Shown here piece by piece: positions 61,074-64,000 of a DNA stretch of 64,000 bases. The notes beneath the pieces are model-generated. The model was not told the origin of the DNA and made no database searches. It saw only the letters and a program-made list of their open reading frames with translations. Position 1 is the first letter of the stretch. Each line of letters opens with the position of its first letter. The stretch is from an uncultured Chloroflexia bacterium (lineage in GTDB: Bacteria > Chloroflexota > Limnocylindria > Limnocylindrales > CSP1-4), in assembly GCA_963736025.1 (NCBI GenBank), contig CAVTNH010000010.1:2322-66321 (forward strand), in the 5' to 3' direction. Both the position numbers and the translations under genes were made by a program.

Positions 61074-62511
61074 TCAGCGACCCTCGCCGGCGAGGACGGC
61101 CGGGATGGTCCTGACCATGATCTTGAGGTCGAGCCACAGGGACCAGCGGTCGATGTAGTCGAGGTCGAGTCGCACCCACCGGTCGAAGTCGGCCTCCCGG
61201 CGGGCCGCGACCTGCCACAGCCCGGTGATGCCGGGCTTCATCGAGAGGCGTCGGCGGTGCCAGATGTCGTAGTCGAGCGACCTCGCTCGGGAGCGGCGGA
61301 CGTGGCCCGACCAGGCTCATCTCGCCGCGCAGCACGTTCCAGAGCTGCGGCAGCTCGTCGATGCTCGTGCGGCGGAGCCAGCCACCGGTCCGGGTCAGGC
61401 GCGGGTCGTCGGTCAGCTTGAAGGCAGGGCCCCGGATCTCGTTGAGGGCCTCCAGCTCGCCCAGCTGGTCCTCGGCGTCGGGCACCATCGTGCGGAACTT
61501 GACGACCTGGAACGGCCGCCCGTGCAGGCCGACGCGCTCCTGGCGGAAGAACACCGGCGCGCCGTCGCGCAGCCGGATGGCGAGCGCCACGAGCAGCAGG
61601 ACCGGGCTCAGGACCACCAGCCCGATCAGCGCGAGCAGGATGTCGATCGCGCGCTTGGCGATCATCCCGAGCGTCCGGTCCGGGCCGTAGACGAGCGACA
61701 GGACGGAGATCCCCTCGACCTCCTCGAGGCGGCCGCCGGGCAGCATCAGGCCGGGCTCGACCATCGGGATGCGCACGACCCGGCCCTCGTCCTCGCACAG
61801 GCGGGCGATCGGTTCGACCATGGCCCGGTCCGCGGCCGCCAGGCAGATCGCGACCTCGTCGACGACCGCGCCGTGGAGGATCGCCTCGATCTCGTTGAGC
61901 TCGCCCAGGACCGGCCGCCGGACGTGCCCGTCGTCGCCGCTCGCCCGGTCCGCGGGCCCGGCCAGGTAGCCGATCGGCTCCAGGCCGAGCTCGATGTGGC
62001 GGGCCATCAGGTCGGCGAAGGTCTCGGCCTGCGGGTTCGCGCCGACGATGAGCATGTACCGGGTGTTGCGGCCGGAGGCCCGCATGTTCAGGAAGATGAC
62101 GCGGATGACGTTCCGGCCGGCGATCGTGAGCAGCGCCTGTGACGGGAAGAGCAGGACCAGGAAGAGCCGGCTGACGTTCGGGAGCTTGAACAGGAACAGC
62201 GCGGTGAACACGACCACCGCGAGCAGCAGGACAGCGAAGAGGACGTCGAGCGCCTCGCGTCGCCTCGACCAGCGGACGCGCAGCCGGTACAGGCCCTGGA
62301 TCCAGAGGACGGCGACCAGCGAGACGCCGTAGAGCAGGGCCGCGAGCCGGCCGTCGATCCCCGCCGTCGCCCACGTCGCCTGCCAGGCGTCGGGACCGAA
62401 CCGGATCATCGACAGGCCGATGAACAGCGCGATCGCGGTGATCGCGTCGGCGAGCATCAGGGCGAGGTGCAGGGCCGCGGCGTGACGACGGATCAGGTCC
62501 GAGTCCTCCAC
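61074..62511 (-). pseudogene. polyprenyl-phosphate hexose-1-phosphate transferase (WbaP/EpsB-type sugar transferase), one frame change near 61300
   Basis: TM region plus the catalytic domain KRAIDILLALIGLVVLSPV...FFRQERVG..GRPFQVVKFRTM...DELPQLWNVLRGEMSLVGPRPPLP. It then continues in another frame, LDYDIWHRRRLSMKPGITGLWQV...DLKIMVRTIPAVLAGEGR*. Confidence 0.85.
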
Positions 62512-62615
62512 GAGCGCGTGAGTCGCATCGGATTGTACTGCCCCGTCCGAGTCGGTCCATCCTGGTCACGCGGGCCGGGGACCATCGTACGGGTGTTCGT
62601 TCTGGGGAGGTCTGG

Positions 62616-62621
62616 TACGGT
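62616..62621 (+). promoter_or_regulatory. candidate -10 box TACGGT (leaderless-type) for the second LCP gene
   Basis: TACGGT lies 7 nt before ATG 62629. Confidence 0.3.
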
Positions 62622-62628
62622 CTGGGAC

Positions 62629-63806
62629 ATGGGGAAGATCGCGGCTGCCTGGGCCGCCATGTCATCCGCCGCCCGGGCCGTCGCGATCGGCGGCCTCGCG
62701 CTGCCGCTCGTCCTGGTCGTCACGGTGGCCGCCCTTGCGGTCGGCGTCGCGCCCGCCCCGAGCGTGAAACCCGGCCCGACGCCGCCTCCGGTCGCGGCGC
62801 TGCCGACCGACGCGCCGCCCAGTCCGTCGTCCTCGCCGTCACGTGCTGCCGAGCGTGGGGCCGTCCGGGAGCGCCTCCGCCCAGCCGTCCGCTCGCGAAC
62901 GTCGCCGACCCGTTGCTGGGCACCGACGGCCGCCTGACGGTCCTCCTGCTCGGATCCGACTATCGGCCCGCCCATCCGGGCAACCGGACCGACGCGATGA
63001 TGGTCGTCTCCGTCGACCCGACGACCGGCCAGTCCGCGGCGTTCAGCGTGCCGCGCGACATCGTCGACTTCCCGTTGCCCGGCCGCGGCAACTTCGCGCC
63101 AAGGGTCAACGGCCTGTACCAGTACCTGCAGTCACGGACGAACCGCGGCGCCGCCAACACGATGGCGGCCTTCGAGCGCGCGTTCGACATCGAGATCGAC
63201 AACTACGTGTTCATCGGCTTCCAGGGCGTGACCGGGCTGATCAGCGCGGTCGGCGGCGTCGATGTCCGGCTGCAGAAGTCCTACTACGACCCCTATTACT
63301 GGGTGAACAGCCACACGCGCGGCTGGGGCCTGCCGGCCGGCAAGAGCCACCTCAACGCCCAGCGGGCGCTGATCTTCGCCCGCAGCCGGAAGGGCGACAG
63401 CGACTTCGGTCGCGCCCGTCGCCAGCAGCTGCTCGTGATGGCCGCGTTCGACAAGGTGCGCAAGCGCGGTCTCGACGACCTCCCGAAGCTCATCCGGTCC
63501 GCCCGCGACAGCGTCCGGACCGACCTGCCGCTGTCGCGCGCCAACGACCTGTTCAAGCTCTATCAGCGACGGTCGACCTCAAGAAGGCCAAGCGGACCGT
63601 CTTCGGGCCGAAGACGCTTCGCGGTGCGCGCGCACGGCTACACCTACCACCTGGTCTATGCCCGGTGCAAGGCGTGGATCACGAAGAACTTCCCGAAGAA
63701 GCGACCGTACGGGACGTGGCCGGCGACGGTCGCCCCGGCGGGATCGGTCGCGCCGAGCCAGGCACCGGCGGCCCCCGGACCGACCCTGGCGCCGCCCGGC
63801 TACTGA
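62629..63806 (+). pseudogene. second LCP family protein, three to four frame changes (~62840-62900, ~63568, ~63612)
   Basis: N-terminal TM anchor and Pro-rich linker, then ORF 62913.. with LTVLLLGSDYR...TDAMMVVSVDP...FSVPRD...ALIFARSRKGDSDFGRARRQQ. The short stretch TVDLKKAKRTVFGPKT reads in a different frame between two in-frame parts. Confidence 0.75.
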
Positions 63807-63821
63807 GCTCGCGTCGGGCGA

Positions 63822-63856
63822 ACAAAAACGCCGAGCGGGGGAACCGGCTCGGCGTT
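63822..63856 (-). terminator. intrinsic terminator for a minus-strand transcript entering from the right edge
   Basis: On the minus strand, the hairpin AACGCCGAGCC-GGUUCC-CCCGCUCGGCGUU is followed by UUUUUGUU. Confidence 0.55.
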
Positions 63857-64000
63857 CAGGTTCGGGTGGGCGAGTGCGGCCTCGTGCCCGGAGGCCGCCC
63901 TGGAAGCCCTTAGCGGAAGGTGCCGGCGTGGACCTGACCGCTGATCGGTCTTGCATCCAGCTGACCATCTTCGCGTCGCGATGCAGGTCGCATGGAGTAG

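Noticed and set aside
63857-64000. RNase P RNA, SRP RNA or tmRNA 3' end at the right edge
   Set aside because: The hallmark motifs are not present: ACAGAAnCCGGCUUA for RNase P, GGAAGGAAGCAGC for SRP, and a tRNA-like CCA end with a GGUUCGA T-loop for tmRNA. The element is kept only as an unassigned structured element.

Overview
This is a high-G+C segment (about 70% by eye) of chromosomal core from an Actinomycetota-like Gram-positive bacterium. Supporting signs are LCP wall-polymer ligases, Tat and lipobox signal peptides, and many TANNNT -10 boxes placed 4-9 nt before start codons. I support about 60 protein genes and one cobalamin riboswitch. I saw no rRNA, tRNA, CRISPR array, transposase, integrase or phage genes. 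Gene modules, left to right: (1) a GlcNAc/chito-oligosaccharide fragment (ABC permease tail, NodB deacetylase, BadF-type kinase) and an MFS transporter; (2) a methionine-salvage/SAM-cycle cluster (apt, mtnA, GNAT, ahcY, S9 peptidase, NhaP antiporter, metK); (3) a potA-D-B-C polyamine-type importer with a divergent XRE-cupin regulator; (4) a secreted papain-like peptidase; (5) GDP-mannose genes; (6) a small SWIM zinc-finger gene; (7) a four-gene operon of exported proteins and lipoproteins of unknown function; (8) a B12 riboswitch followed by btuFCD-cobS-cobU-cobT-cobC; (9) a lipoprotein, an arginase-family enzyme, an aminotransferase, dps, PPOX, YidB, surE, an AI-2E transporter and trpS; (10) hom-thrC-thrB and a dienelactone hydrolase; (11) a secreted protein with three Cys-bracketed repeats; (12) lysC; (13) birA, ECF sigma, anti-sigma, accDA, a lysine-less BCCP paralogue and accC; (14) fabZ, a phosphoesterase, fabF, accB, fabH and fabG; (15) LCP, a polyprenyl-phosphate sugar transferase and a second LCP. 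About 25 single-base frame disruptions break about 16 otherwise well-conserved genes, including accB, thrC and thrB. I read most of these as consensus indel errors rather than real pseudogenes, and I label them pseudogene only in the annotation sense. The best candidates for new biology are the lysine-less BCCP inside a birA/ECF-sigma/ACC operon, the four-gene envelope operon with a variant metzincin motif, the tri-repeat secreted protein, the SWIM mini-protein, and the twin-arginine-like extension on MtnA. All functional calls come from reading the translations by eye. No database search was run.
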